From Octopus sinensis (taxonomy: Eukaryota): a stretch of DNA of 64,000 bases. A program made the position numbers and the translations under genes. Each line of letters begins with the position of its first letter. Positions within the stretch are counted from its first letter, which is position 1. The DNA lies in assembly GCF_006345805.1 (NCBI RefSeq), contig NC_043001.1:34906001-34970000 (forward strand), read 5' to 3'. Of the stretch, positions 26,133 through 38,650 are shown piece by piece. The notes below the pieces were generated by a model, which did no database searches, was not told where the DNA came from, and saw only the letters and a list, made by a program, of their open reading frames with translations.

Positions 26133-26133
<1 letters not shown>
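23700..26133 (+). mobile_element. Tx1-clade non-LTR retrotransposon: ORF1 tail, ORF2 with large internal deletion, 3' UTR
   Basis: APE start MLKIASINVRGLG (24534); WAERKLSLKGRVQV..IASVIDYRLIVMPC..ERILFRFLWKG..HPLNGGLGM; zinc-knuckle remnant TCPRYGQNRKTVLHALVQCP; AATAAA at 26122 followed by (TATC)n. Confidence 0.85.
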
Positions 26134-26209
<76 letters not shown>

Positions 26210-26310
26210 GATCAATCAATCTGTCTACATATAAGCATATATGATGCATATATATATATATATACATATTACATACATACATACATCCATCCATACATAC
26301 ATACATACAT

Positions 26311-26857
26311 GGTGGCTGCCCCTTCGTTATCGAGTATGGCCATTGCACGAAGCTTAATCAAAATTGTTATCGTGCAATGCCTGTGCAAGAAGATTTTTTT
26401 TAAAGTGAGGTAAGGCTGTGCACTGAGTCAACCCCACTCACTAAGCAACAGCTACCATAATCCGAAAAGAAGTCAACATCATCGGTAACCACTGAGCCGC
26501 AGGTTTTATGTCGGAGTTATCCCAGTTACCTGAGTTACCTTCTCCTAGAAGGATGCCCTAACAAAGGCTAGGTGTCCTTCACTCCCAATGGTTTAACCGC
26601 GCGATCGGGTATTTAGTCCGATTATTTCTATGTCCCCGCGCATGATACAGCCTTAAGACATTTATTAGATGGCCGTTGACTCTCAAGAGTTCATCCGTCC
26701 TTTGACGGGTTTTGTTTTTCATCCCGCAGGGTGTCCAATAAACACCCTCCTCACCAAGCAAGCTTGGTGGGGTTGCCGGTTTAGTCGCCGACGACCCGAC
26801 CATGCAACAGGTTGTTCTGGGTTACATGTTACCAGTAGCTCTCGAAAGTGATCTGAC
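26311..26857 (-). mobile_element. Non-autonomous RTE derivative (5' UTR fused to 3' end), flanked by (CATA)n
   Basis: Minus strand carries the recalled RTE 5'-UTR motif GGCATCCTTCTAGGAGAAGGTAACTC and GGGGTTGAC..CCTTACCTCACTTTAAAAAA, then a short 3' end ending in (ATGT)n. No ORF. Confidence 0.65.
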
Positions 26858-28229
26858 ATACTTACATACATACATATGCATATATATGTACGTATGTATA
26901 TGTGTGTGTATGAGTGTGTGTATGTCTGTTTGTAATTAAAGACTTGACAATTATACTATCATTGTAGATACCTATTTGTATCGGAAGATATACGCAACGT
27001 GCTTTTTCCTATGTTCGAACATCGCTTATTTGCCGTGTGTCGATGTGAGGCGCCCCATCACAGTTGCTTTCATTCTATTCTCTTTTAGATTAAGTTAAAC
27101 TGTTTATTTGCATTTAACTGGCCTTTTATCCTCCATAGAATATCTTTCGCTTCACAGATAATTTATCAGCCAGTCATCAGCGACTTGATCCAATATCTTC
27201 AACGACAATTCACACAAAAAATCGGAATGCACTTTTAATTAACGCCTAGGTTTTCCAGCGTGAAAGATATTATTTAAATCTTGTGTTAAACATCTCATGC
27301 ATTAAACCGTCTGGAAACTCAATGATGTTGTAATCGTCAGGGTATTAGTCTGGCAAGTAATGCATGATTTATATTCGATTAGCGAACGTATTGTTTTACT
27401 ATTAAAAGTTCCTGATTTAGAATTTATCTGCGTATACGAATTGCACTTTATATACACTCGTACGTACACATACATTACATATAAATACATACATACATAA
27501 ATAAGTATATATTCATATATGTGTGTGTAGTTATGTATGTATATATATATGTATGTATTTGTATCTGTGTGCGTGTGTAAATTTAAATGTACAAGCCAAT
27601 CAGATTTTAGCGCTAGATTCGTAACTATTTCTGTAAGTAATACTATATCTGTGTCACAATGGAAATTATAAATTTAAACTCGGATATACATCTGTGCACC
27701 TGTGGCTCTTAATGTCATGTAAACGGAATGCTTTTATTTCATATTTTGTTTGTATATGCAGATATTTAACGCTTTGCATAGTACTATAGTACCATTGTGG
27801 TCCTTAGTTTTGCTACTATAATGCTAATAATGGGATCTATATATTGTTTTAATAGTATTAGCGTTATTAATAATGAGAACAATGATATTGGTAGCATTAG
27901 TGGTAATGATAATGGTAATAATGTTAACATTAATGACATTTGGTAAATTAATAAGAATTAATATAATGTACTCTTGACTCTGTATTTGGGTATTAATATG
28001 TGTATGTTTTATACATTGTAATAACACAATATCAAGTTGAAAAACTCTAACGTTCAGTGTGGAACATGTGTATGTTTATTTGTTTATTGACTGATATTAT
28101 TTATATTATTATGTATATGTATGTGTATGGGGTTATGAGTATATGCACTCCTATGTATATGTATATGATTTATTATGGGTATGTACCCACACATATATAA
28201 AGTATATGTAATCTGATTTGTATTTCATA

Positions 28230-28348
28230 ATCTCTGAAGAGGCCTTAGGATTTTTTTGTAAATGTCTCATTTATAACTACATATTAACCTACCATAAAAA
28301 GCTAATATAAATAAAATGAGACATGCATGGCCGAAACAGCTGTAAGAT
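28230..28348 (+). ncRNA. Hammerhead ribozyme with intact core and long stem II
   Basis: ATCT-CTGAAGA-GGCC...ATGTCTCATTT...AAATGAGACAT-GCAT-GGCC-GAAA-CAGCTG-TA-AGAT. Stem I is 4 bp, stem III is the palindrome ACAGCTGT; predicted cleavage after 28344. Confidence 0.8.
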
Positions 28349-28600
28349 GTAGTTTATATTTATATTTATATTTACTTATATTTATATTCTCTTATACATA
28401 TTATACTTATTGTATCAAATTACTCCTTTATGTACACTCCTTTATGTACACTGTTTGGTTATATATTATTATGTTCGACCCTGATGTTTCTTATGTGGTG
28501 GTTTAATAAAGTATGTGATTGGGTATTATCTGGTAATCGATATTTGATTGGGATGTATTTCTCAATTTTCTTATTTTGTATATATATATATATATATATA

Positions 28601-28830
28601 TAGTGAATTGAAGAAATGGAGTTGAACGAAGATTGAACAGAAATCGTTTTATTGCATTCTACACGTGTTTCGAAAGGCACAATTTACCAAATTCCGATTG
28701 AATAAGGAGACCATATTGTGTCTTTCTCTTCAGGAACAAATAGGAAATCCGTTGGAAAAAACAAAAACAGAACAGAGGCGGAGCAAAACAAATCGAACGA
28801 GGCTCCTAAGAGCCCATGGCCAAACTGTTT
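28601..28830 (-). mobile_element. PLE-type terminal repeat (pLTR-like) in (TA)n; same family as 57444-58387
   Basis: Near-identical to 57447-57676; flanked by TA runs on both sides; carries an HHR. Confidence 0.75.
28657..28736 (-). ncRNA. Minimal hammerhead ribozyme (intact core)
   Basis: TTC-CTGAAGA-GAAAG-ACACAAT...ATTGTGC-CTTTC-GAAA-CACGTG-TA-GAA. Confidence 0.8.
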
Positions 28831-28833
28831 TGT

Positions 28834-28905
<72 letters not shown>

Positions 28906-28978
28906 ATCTATCTATATCTCTATATATATGTTTATCTACAGAAACACACGTATATTTCCTTATCATGTAAATTGGACA

Positions 28979-29013
<35 letters not shown>

Positions 29014-29339
29014 TAATAATAATAAAAGTGACAAAAAAAGAATAAGACCTCGATATGAAGTAAATAGAGGATTATTTATATATGTATAATTTAGGACAAG
29101 CAGCAAGTTGTCCTAAATGTCGGAGCGAAGAGCTACGATGCATTCTCGTTGGCTATTAATGGCAATAGACGCTATGAGAAACCGTTGAATAGAAGGTAAG
29201 TTACTCTAATGGGTAGGAAAAAAGATAAAAGGCAAAACGATAAAAATACACATAACCATATTCTCACAATACATAGACATAAAACTTACTGCATTTATAA
29301 CGTCTACATACGCGCACACTCATACAAACATGTATATAT

Positions 29340-29374
<35 letters not shown>

Positions 29375-29379
29375 AATAA

Positions 29380-29756
29380 TGGAAAATGGAGACAAAGCTG
29401 AAGAGGATATTTAAATCATTTTATACCACCCTATCACCGACATATGTTTCTAGTGATGCATTAAAATGATTCCGAGAGGAAGAATAATGTGGAAAAACAT
29501 CAATCTCATCAGGAACGAGATTATAAACACCTATGTTTTCCATATATATAATATATTGTAGCTTTTCTTACATCTGTAAAAATGACTTCTTGATGAGCAC
29601 TGTTGTTTATAATTTCTTCCCTGATGCGATTGATGCATTTTTGCACATTATTCTTCCTCTCAGATTTATTTTTATGCTTCAATCGAAACATATGTCGGTG
29701 ATATGATGATATACATGATTTAAATAAAATCTTGAGCGTTTGTCTCATGTTCTCCA
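29380..29756. repeat. Diverged inverted repeat (arms about 29380-29529 and 29604-29756), each arm with an HHR motif
   Basis: Shared TATCACCGACATATGTTTC and GAGAGGAAGAATAATGTG blocks in opposite orientation. Minus HHR at 29436-29515 (CTGATGA...GAAACATATGTC); plus HHR at 29619-29698 (CTGATGC-GATTGATGCAT..ATGCTTCAATC-GAAA-CATATG-TC). Confidence 0.8.
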
Positions 29757-30188
29757 AAAATACGTCTCACTTCTCCCAATTAATACCCACGCAAGTGCGC
29801 TTACTAATTTCTGAGGCGCTTATGTGACATTTGGCTACCCTGTAACTGTTCTTTTTGAAAATTGATAGGTAGATTAAGGTATAAGTATATACATATACAT
29901 GAATACATACACACGTATAAAACAAGCATACGCACATGCATGTGTAAATGCGTGCATGTGTTTGTATGTATGTATATATATATACATCTTTTTTTTCTTT
30001 TCTTTGTTTCTGTTTTTTCTCTCCTCTGTCTTCCCTTCTCTGGATCTTTCCTTCTCCTATGTTTCCGACGAAAAACTCCGCTCGAAAAGTTAAACCCCCC
30101 TTTCTTTCCTTCTTTCCTGAGCGTCCAACAACACTATATTTGTTCCACGTCCTCGCCTTGTTGTGTTTTTGTGCTTTCTTGTTTGGAT

Positions 30189-30256
<68 letters not shown>

Positions 30257-30324
30257 AATATATATATATGTGTATATAAATATATATATATATATATATG
30301 TATATAAATATATATATATATGTG

Positions 30325-30359
<35 letters not shown>

Positions 30360-31526
30360 TATATTCCTTCATCGGAGACGGTGTGAGAGGATGGTTAAGT
30401 AATAATTAATTTAGATAGGATACAAAATAGGGATGAGTTGGAAGAAAGTAAATAGATGTGAGCTATGTTTAACATACCCAGTATACATAAAAATTACGTA
30501 TCTCCACACTTTTTATGTGATAACTTGCACATACGTGTATATGTATGTGTTTACGTGCGGGTGTGCTAACACATACAAATATTTGTTCCACACACATACA
30601 CACACGCACACACACACGCGCGCGCACATACATACATACACAAACATAAGAATGGTATTAGTTCTTTACTTATACAGAGAAGATACTATGCAAAAAATAT
30701 TGCAAATCAACTTACGACAGATTCTTTTCTCGAGCAGAAATCTAAATAGTTTTTAGTTCACTTCTAAGAATTTTTAATCTGTTTTCGAATGTATATAATG
30801 AAAGATAAACAAAAAACAATAATGAAACACAAGACGTACATTGATCCAAGCTAAAAGCAAGGTCACCTTGTACTAAATGCCAAATTACATTACTTCGTTA
30901 AATAAAAAAAGTTCCACCCTGATTTTATAGCAAACATTCATCGGAATTATAACGTGAGAGGTAAGATAGACGTGGGAGAAAAAGAATACTCTACTGATAA
31001 AGTGACATAGGATATTATCGAATGTAATATTGCGATTAAACCTGATTGAAGCTTTGCAACAAGTAAAGGAAATAACTGGTGATATCTGATTGCATGCTAT
31101 AAATGAAAGCTGCCATTGCCGAAGACAGCGGGAGATTCGGAATTGAAAGAGATACGATACAGGGTGTGGTAATCATAAACAAGTTGTTTGAATTGAAACC
31201 TTACATGCGCGTAATGGTGTGCAGTCGACAAAATCCCAATATCCGGTTTCCAAGTGAAACCTGTCCTACAAAAAGAAAGGTTGCTAAGCGAAAGAATTAA
31301 GACGATTTGATACGGAAGTCCTTTGGTTTCTATGCTATAGTTGTCTCACTTTCTATAGATATGTGTGTGTTTTTATGTTTGTGTGTGCGTATATTTATAG
31401 GTACATACACCAGCACACATACACACGCGCACACATATATAATTACATACATACATGTATCTATCCATCCCTCCATCCATGAGTATATACATCTATCTAT
31501 ATCTATCTATCTCTCGCTCTCTATCG

Positions 31527-31594
<68 letters not shown>

Positions 31595-31645
31595 TATGTA
31601 CGTATATAAATGTAAATACACTCATATATATACATATATATATAA

Positions 31646-31698
<53 letters not shown>

Positions 31699-31742
31699 TA
31701 TAGTTGTATATGCATATGTATATATATAAATGTATGCATATG

Positions 31743-31793
<51 letters not shown>

Positions 31794-32603
31794 ATAGATA
31801 GATACAGATAGTTGTATATGCATATGTATATATATATATATATATGTATGTATATACATATATATATATATGCATATGTATATATATATATATATATGCA
31901 TGTATATACATATATATATCGAGAGAGAGAGAGAGAGAAAAACTGCATATATAAATGTAAGTGTAAGTTATTTTCTTGTATAAGCATTTTTCTAGATAGA
32001 TTATGTAAATATATAATATAACTATTATTGCATATGTAACCATATATATAGCACTAGATATATTACAGTATGCGCTTACGAAAGATTATCCAATGAAGCC
32101 TCCATTTTTAGAATAGAACACTCATATTTGAAATTTACTATTTTGGGCTTCTTCATTTTCTTGTAATCTTAAATGCAACTATGAAAACCTTTAAAAAATT
32201 GATTTGTACCAACAGGAAGGCATTATGCCTTTCATGATAGGTTAAGCAGACCAGGGAGAACAGTTCTCTATTTGGTTACAAATTATAAATTTATGTACAA
32301 ATATGTTTGTTGTAATTTAAATCCTATTTATCTATGAACTAAATTGCTATGTTAATGAATTGCAGCACACAACCCGTTTTGGTCTTACATTTTCAGAGAT
32401 GAATCATGAATTTTTTACGTTCAAGGGGAGCGAGGGGCAATCGCACCGGATATGTTGACTCTTTAAAAACCAAAACCAAATATTTCCCAAATTTCTCTTA
32501 TACTATCTCTGATATCCAAATCTGAATGCCTCTAGAATAACAGCCGATAACTTCGTTATCTCTTAGCATTCGTATCGTACTTCGGTACATGTGAGAATTG
32601 ACA

Positions 32604-32917
32604 TTCCGTCGGTTAAAACGACAAGGGTTCCAGTTGATCTGATCGACAGAAAAGCCTGCTCGTGCAATTAACGTACAGGTGGCTGAGCGCTTCCACAGTT
32701 ACGCGGACCCTTAACGAAGTTCTCTGGGAGATTCAGATGGACACAGAGTAGGAAAGCCGACCCTTTGAAATACAGGTACTACTCATTTGTTTTTTTAACT
32801 GCGTAGACTATATGACGTGAAATGATGTCTTGCTCAAGGACACACTACGCCATCGAATATCGAAATGAAATTACGATCGTGAAGCGAATAACCTAACCAC
32901 TAAGCCACGCGACTTCA
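32604..32917 (-). mobile_element. SINE family C-related, old (tail type 1)
   Basis: TTCCGTCGGTTAAAACGAC..GGGTTCCAGTTGATC..GAAATACAGGTAC..CTAACCACTAAGCCAC. Confidence 0.7.
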
Positions 32918-34090
32918 CTTTCTGTAATACATACTATATTGTATATCCCTTCTTCCTCCGTACTACTCTCTACCCTTTCAAACGATGCTTGAACCCCACT
33001 AATATCTGTCCCCACCCTCTTCCCTCTTAAACCTTTTCTTCATTTCTTTTCTTTCTTAGCTTTTATTCCTTTTGTTTTAATTTCTTTTCTTTTTCTCGTC
33101 AGCCCCTGTTTCTCGTATATTCCTCAACTCCACATTATGTAGCGAAATCTAATCTTGTAATCACAAAGTTTAGTTAAAACATGTTGCATGGGTATTCACG
33201 CTCTAATAGCAACCTTATGCATTATACATGCTTCTTACTTTACCCATTTGAAACAATTATACCCAGTATTTAGATTTAAATCTATCTGGAGAATTAGAGG
33301 CGTTTCTCTTGATAAAAATGCAGAACCCTGATTTAATATCATATTTTGGTTTCAGAATCATCGTGGTATTTGTGATTGGTTTAATTTCAGAGGATTTTTA
33401 CTTATCCTTGAATATTTCCTTCTTGGTTACTGTATGGTGTAACTGCAACCGGCAGCAATAAATCTGCCATTATGCATACAGAGAGAATTTTGAATGTTAT
33501 TGCCCATGTCTAAACCAGATCACACCTACTCGTGCATAGACTTGGAATGATCTTATAAAGCCCATAACCTATGAGAAGCTCTTTCTATATCATTTCATTA
33601 TTTTGCCTTTGTATATTTATTGTTTCTGCTTGTCGAGATGATAGAACTGTGCTCTGTATAGTCGAAAGCTACGAATGTTCTAAAGCCATATACACTCGGA
33701 AAAGCAGAAAAAATCTGCTTCATCGATATTAAAACCCGCTAGATCTTAACATCAACCAAAAACTTCCACAAAAACAATGCTTTAGGAGAATCTCTGTCAA
33801 AAGAACATATGGAGACAGGGGGTTCGTGTCAATGCAAATAGTCTTCAAGTGCGTATGATATCAATCAGATAGCGCTTGCTAAATAAAGCAATAAACATCA
33901 ATACACCAATAAAGTGTTCAGAAACAAAGTAAATAATATTCCATATACCGGTATTTCTTGCTAATCACCCGTGTGAACCCAGAGCTGCAGCAGCAGCACA
34001 CTTCAAAGAAGATTTGGAAGAGAAGCATGCGTACCACAAAAATCGTTGCATGAGTACATTTTCTGTAAATTTAAGAAGGACGATAATACT

Positions 34091-34545
34091 GGTTTCTAAT
34101 TTTGGCACAAAGCCAGCAATTTTGGGGGCTACAGAAAATAAGTCGATTACCTCAGTCCCACTGATTAGCTGGTATTTGTATTATCGACCCCGCGAAAGAA
34201 TGAAAGGCGAAAGTGAAAATCAACAGAATTTGAACTGAAAGTGTAAATACAAGTAAAATGCCGCATTTTACCCACCCTACAAACTATTCTGCCAATTCGC
34301 AATCTTAAGAAGGATGATAATATTGATGTCAGATTTTGGCACGAGCCGAACAGTATTTTGGAGGGGTGAGATGATAAGTCGATTACGTCGCCTCCAACAA
34401 TCACTTGTTTCTTATTCTACTAGCCCGAAAGGGATGAAAGGCATAGTCGACCACGGTGTAATTTGAACTCAGAACGGAAAAACGTACGATATGCTGCAAA
34501 GCATTGTGCCGCGCGTGGTAACGGGTTTACCATCTCACTATCTTA
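34091..34545 (-). mobile_element. Two tandem, diverged SINE family B copies
   Basis: TTTGGCAC.AG.C..CA..TTTGG..GTCGATTAC..GGATGAAAGGC..AATTTGAACT occurs twice (about 34091-34295 and 34328-34545). Confidence 0.7.
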
Positions 34546-34959
34546 AGAAGGATAACAACATTAAAATGAAGCGTAGCATTCTTGCACTCTTGACTGTTGC
34601 ATCATATCATACCTGTAAAATTATGCATATGCGGTCATGCAACAAGTGAGAGCTAAGAAATATCTAAAAAAAAATTTTGAAATTGTGAAGCCTTTAAACT
34701 CCCAAGTTGCAACTGTAAATGCCGATTATTCCAGTCTTTTGTGAAAGATATAAAACATATACGATCAGCAGCCGCTTAGAAGTTGTCATTGAAGCACTAT
34801 CTCTCATTACGACACTTACGATATCATCAGCAGAATAGACTTCCAGGCGTAACTATGAACAACACCTCTGTTGCTGCATGTACATGCATAATCATGAGAA
34901 ATATTAGTCGAAAGTTCCCTCTATAAATTTCTACCATGCCAAGACAAAAAATATACTAG

Positions 34960-35018
<59 letters not shown>

Positions 35019-35114
35019 TAGTAATGGTATGGTAAAAGTATGATTGAGACCTCGAAATTATGTAAATAGAGGAATTTATCTGTAATATAATGTGACAATT
35101 ATTCGGTTGCCATA

Positions 35115-35173
35115 ATAAAACTCCGAGTTACGGATGTCGGGGAGGAAATCTGCTGCGGCATCTCGTCAGTTAT
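35115..35173 (-). ncRNA. Degenerate hammerhead motif
   Basis: ATAA-CTGACGA-GATGCC...GACATC-C-GTAA (GAAA mutated)-CTC-G-GAG-TT-TTAT; stem I ATAA/TTAT. Confidence 0.55.
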
Positions 35174-35820
35174 CAAAGCAAACAAAAATGCTATGAAAAT
35201 GAACGTTAAACAAGTCTTGTACTTTCATCAGAAGTCTTACACCATGTCTTGTGTTTTTGAGGCTCAAGGCTTTTCATACACCTCTCGTATACACACACAC
35301 ACACATATATATATATATAGTCGTGGAGTTGACTTTCAAAATTTGTGAGGAAGAGAGTGTTTCTGAACGACGGCTTTGAAATCTGCATTTTATGCCAATA
35401 AATATTGATTTGCAATGTTATGTGATAATCTGCAACATGTTAAATTTTCACATGCAAAAAGAGACAAGCTAATATGCACTTTTAAAATACAATCTTCAAG
35501 TTTAACAAAAAAATATGAAGTCTTTTCTAAAGTACATCCTGTAACACGTAACAATTTTTAAAAGTTCAAGTGAAGGAGATTTTTCCCTATTGGCAAGTTG
35601 ATCGTTTTACAGGTTTGAAAGAATTCTAATAAACAAAAACAAAAAAGCAACAGAACACACACTCACCGTACAAACATGTATGTATGTATGCATGATTATA
35701 TTTACTTACATATATATATATATATATACAATCATACACACACTCATATACATGCATATATATATATACACACATACATATACATACATATATACATACA
35801 TACATGCATTCATACATATA

Positions 35821-36975
35821 TTAGGTTGCTTCACATGAAATGTCATATCTTTAATTGTTATTTCAGTCATTTAAAAACTCAGTTATGTATATCTTGCATT
35901 TAATCTTGACTCTTTTTCTTTCTCAACAATATTGGTATACAAAATTCGTACTCACTGACCTTATGAAAATGACAACGACTAAAAAACTATGTTGAGTGAT
36001 TTTCTTGTATGAGTACAAACTGAGTCACTCTGTCGCAGAAGCTCTACGGAATATCGAGTGGGCCTTTTGTAATGGTTTTGTTGTCATCAGAACTGTTCAG
36101 AGATGGTTCCAAAGCTCTTGTTCAGGAGATGATAGCCTTGAAAATAAACCAAGAGTTAGGCCAAAATCAGTTATTTGGCATGATGGATTAAATGCTTTGC
36201 TTGAACAAAATCCGAAGACAAAGGTTTGAAAACTTTCATCAGTACTCCAAACATCTCGCAGAAGTGTTTTTAGACATCTGGAAGAGATTGGAAAACTTAA
36301 GAAAACGGATGGGTTTGTTCCACATCAACTGAACGAGATAAAAAAAAAGCAGGCGCCTCGAAGTCCGCTCCTTATTGCTTTCTTGACTGGAAAAAGACAA
36401 TTTTTGTAACAACAGCAGGAGAACAGGACAGCGATTAGATGCACGAGCGTCACCTAAACACTACCCAAACCCTCTATTGCACCCTAAAAAGTTAGTGGTC
36501 ATTGTATGGTGGTCTGCGAAGGGAGTTATTCATTATTTATTTTTGCAACAAGGAAAAAATGTAACAGTAACATCGTATTGCCAAGAAATTAATTGTATGA
36601 ACGAGAATTTGAAAAAGAAGTAACCCAGACTAGTGAATACAGATGACCCAATTTTGCACCACGACAATGCACGTCCTAACACTCCTCAAGCTACGGTTCA
36701 AAAGTTGCAATTATGAGATTTTGTAACACCCTCCCTGTTCCCCTGATATCTCTCTTACTGTTCATCAATTATTTAAACATTTTGAGCATTTCATAAGTAA
36801 TAAAACATTATTGAATAGAGAGGTAAATGAATTATTCAGTCAGTTTATCACAGCAAAAGATGAATCTTTTTTAAATATGGAATATATGACATAGAGAAAC
36901 GTTGGGTAAACATCATAAATGAATATGGATCATACTTTGATTAAATAAATCAGTACTCTAACATTTCTGAAACAT
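35821..36975 (+). mobile_element. Mariner (DD34D) element, decayed transposase
   Basis: TIR-like TTAGGTTGCTTCACATGAAATG; IFLYEYKLSHSVAEA..RTVQRWFQ; FVPHQL; LHPKKLVVIVWWSAKGVIHY; LHHDNARP; PCSPDIS. Many stops. Confidence 0.88.
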
Positions 36976-36995
36976 ATATATATATATATATACAT

Positions 36996-37158
<163 letters not shown>

Positions 37159-38329
37159 GTATCCCTGCAATGTAGCAGAGTTCGGTCCATGAAGGAATAT
37201 ATATAAGCCGCAGAAACCGGAAACCGAACTTAGAAGCATATAACTCGGGAAGAACCTTTGATCCTTCTGTATTTTGATACATATGTGTGTCTATGTAAAA
37301 CGAATATATTGAGCAGTGAAGTGAATATGAACTAAAAATAAAAGTACTTTAGAAAGTTACGTCAATCCAAATGGAAAGAGAGAATTAGAATAAAAATACG
37401 CCGAAAGCAATAGTTAAATCTTTTAGAGTGTATTTCCGTATTTCAGGTTTAAATGTACTTATCAGGAGGAAAATGGAGACTGATTTGAACAGATTTTGTT
37501 TTGATAGAGTTAAGTTATAAGTTTGGTATTTTTATGCTAACGAATTAGCATAGCGTCTTCATACACGCATGTAGCCCATATTGTGTTTAAGATGTTTTTA
37601 ATAACTTCAGCCTTCTCATTCCTTACTGATGTATATTTGCTGGTTAATGAGATGATCTGTTCATGTCATCTCTCTAGATATTTTCAAACACAGGAAACAT
37701 TTCAACATGGTTTTTAAGGCATCTATACAGTTTGTGAATAGATGCGCTAATCTCTGCCACTTATAATGCATTATGTGCGATACACTGAGTAAAACTGTGG
37801 ACACAATTGCATACATCCTTAGGTCAGTTGAGCTGTGGCCATAGTTTTGCTGTGTCTGAAGGGTTTCATAGTCTGACCTATTATATGTTTAATCTCTTCG
37901 TACGGTTGGCATGATGTATTGCATCAGTGATGATATTTTCTCAGTCAAAAAATTTAGAGTGTACGTGCTAGTGTAAGAATGAACATTCTCAGGGACTAGG
38001 TCAAGGATGCATTTTGGTAAAGGATGATGGTTAGCCGCTATGCATGTGTACAGTCTGCAAGTGCAAGGAAACATGATGGCAATGGATACAATAGTACACG
38101 TTTTATAAATGTCCGAAAGTAATGGATTCCAAACCATGTCTACGACGACATATTGTTTGCCCAGACAATAACATTAGATAATGACCTATTATTCCTAATA
38201 ATTTTATTTTGAATAGGTAATTCCAGACATATACCAATACATAAACGCAATGAAGGCATGCATAGATGAATACATATATAAATACATACACATGCACACA
38301 CAAACACATACTCACAAACACACACACAC

Positions 38330-38398
<69 letters not shown>

Positions 38399-38403
38399 TA
38401 TAT

Positions 38404-38565
38404 ACGACGTGCTTCTTTCAGTTTCCGTCCATCAAATCCACTCACAAGGCTTTGGTCGGCCCGAGGCTATAGTAGAAAACATTTGCCTATGGTGCCATGC
38501 AGGGTCACTGAACCCGGAACCATGTGGTCGGTAAGCATGCTACTTACCACACAGCCACTCCTGCG
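38404..38565 (-). mobile_element. SINE family A head
   Basis: Reverse complement of GCGCAGGAGTGGCTGTGTGGTAAG..GGTTCAG..AAGAAGCACGTCGTA. Confidence 0.88.
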
Positions 38566-38568
38566 CAT

Positions 38569-38647
<79 letters not shown>

Positions 38648-38650
<3 letters not shown>

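Noticed and set aside
26760-26857. HDV-like ribozyme at the RTE 5' end
   Set aside because: GACTAA resembles J4/2, but the nested double pseudoknot could not be assembled by eye.
37170-37235. GAAACCGG region as a hammerhead
   Set aside because: The core and stems are not recoverable.
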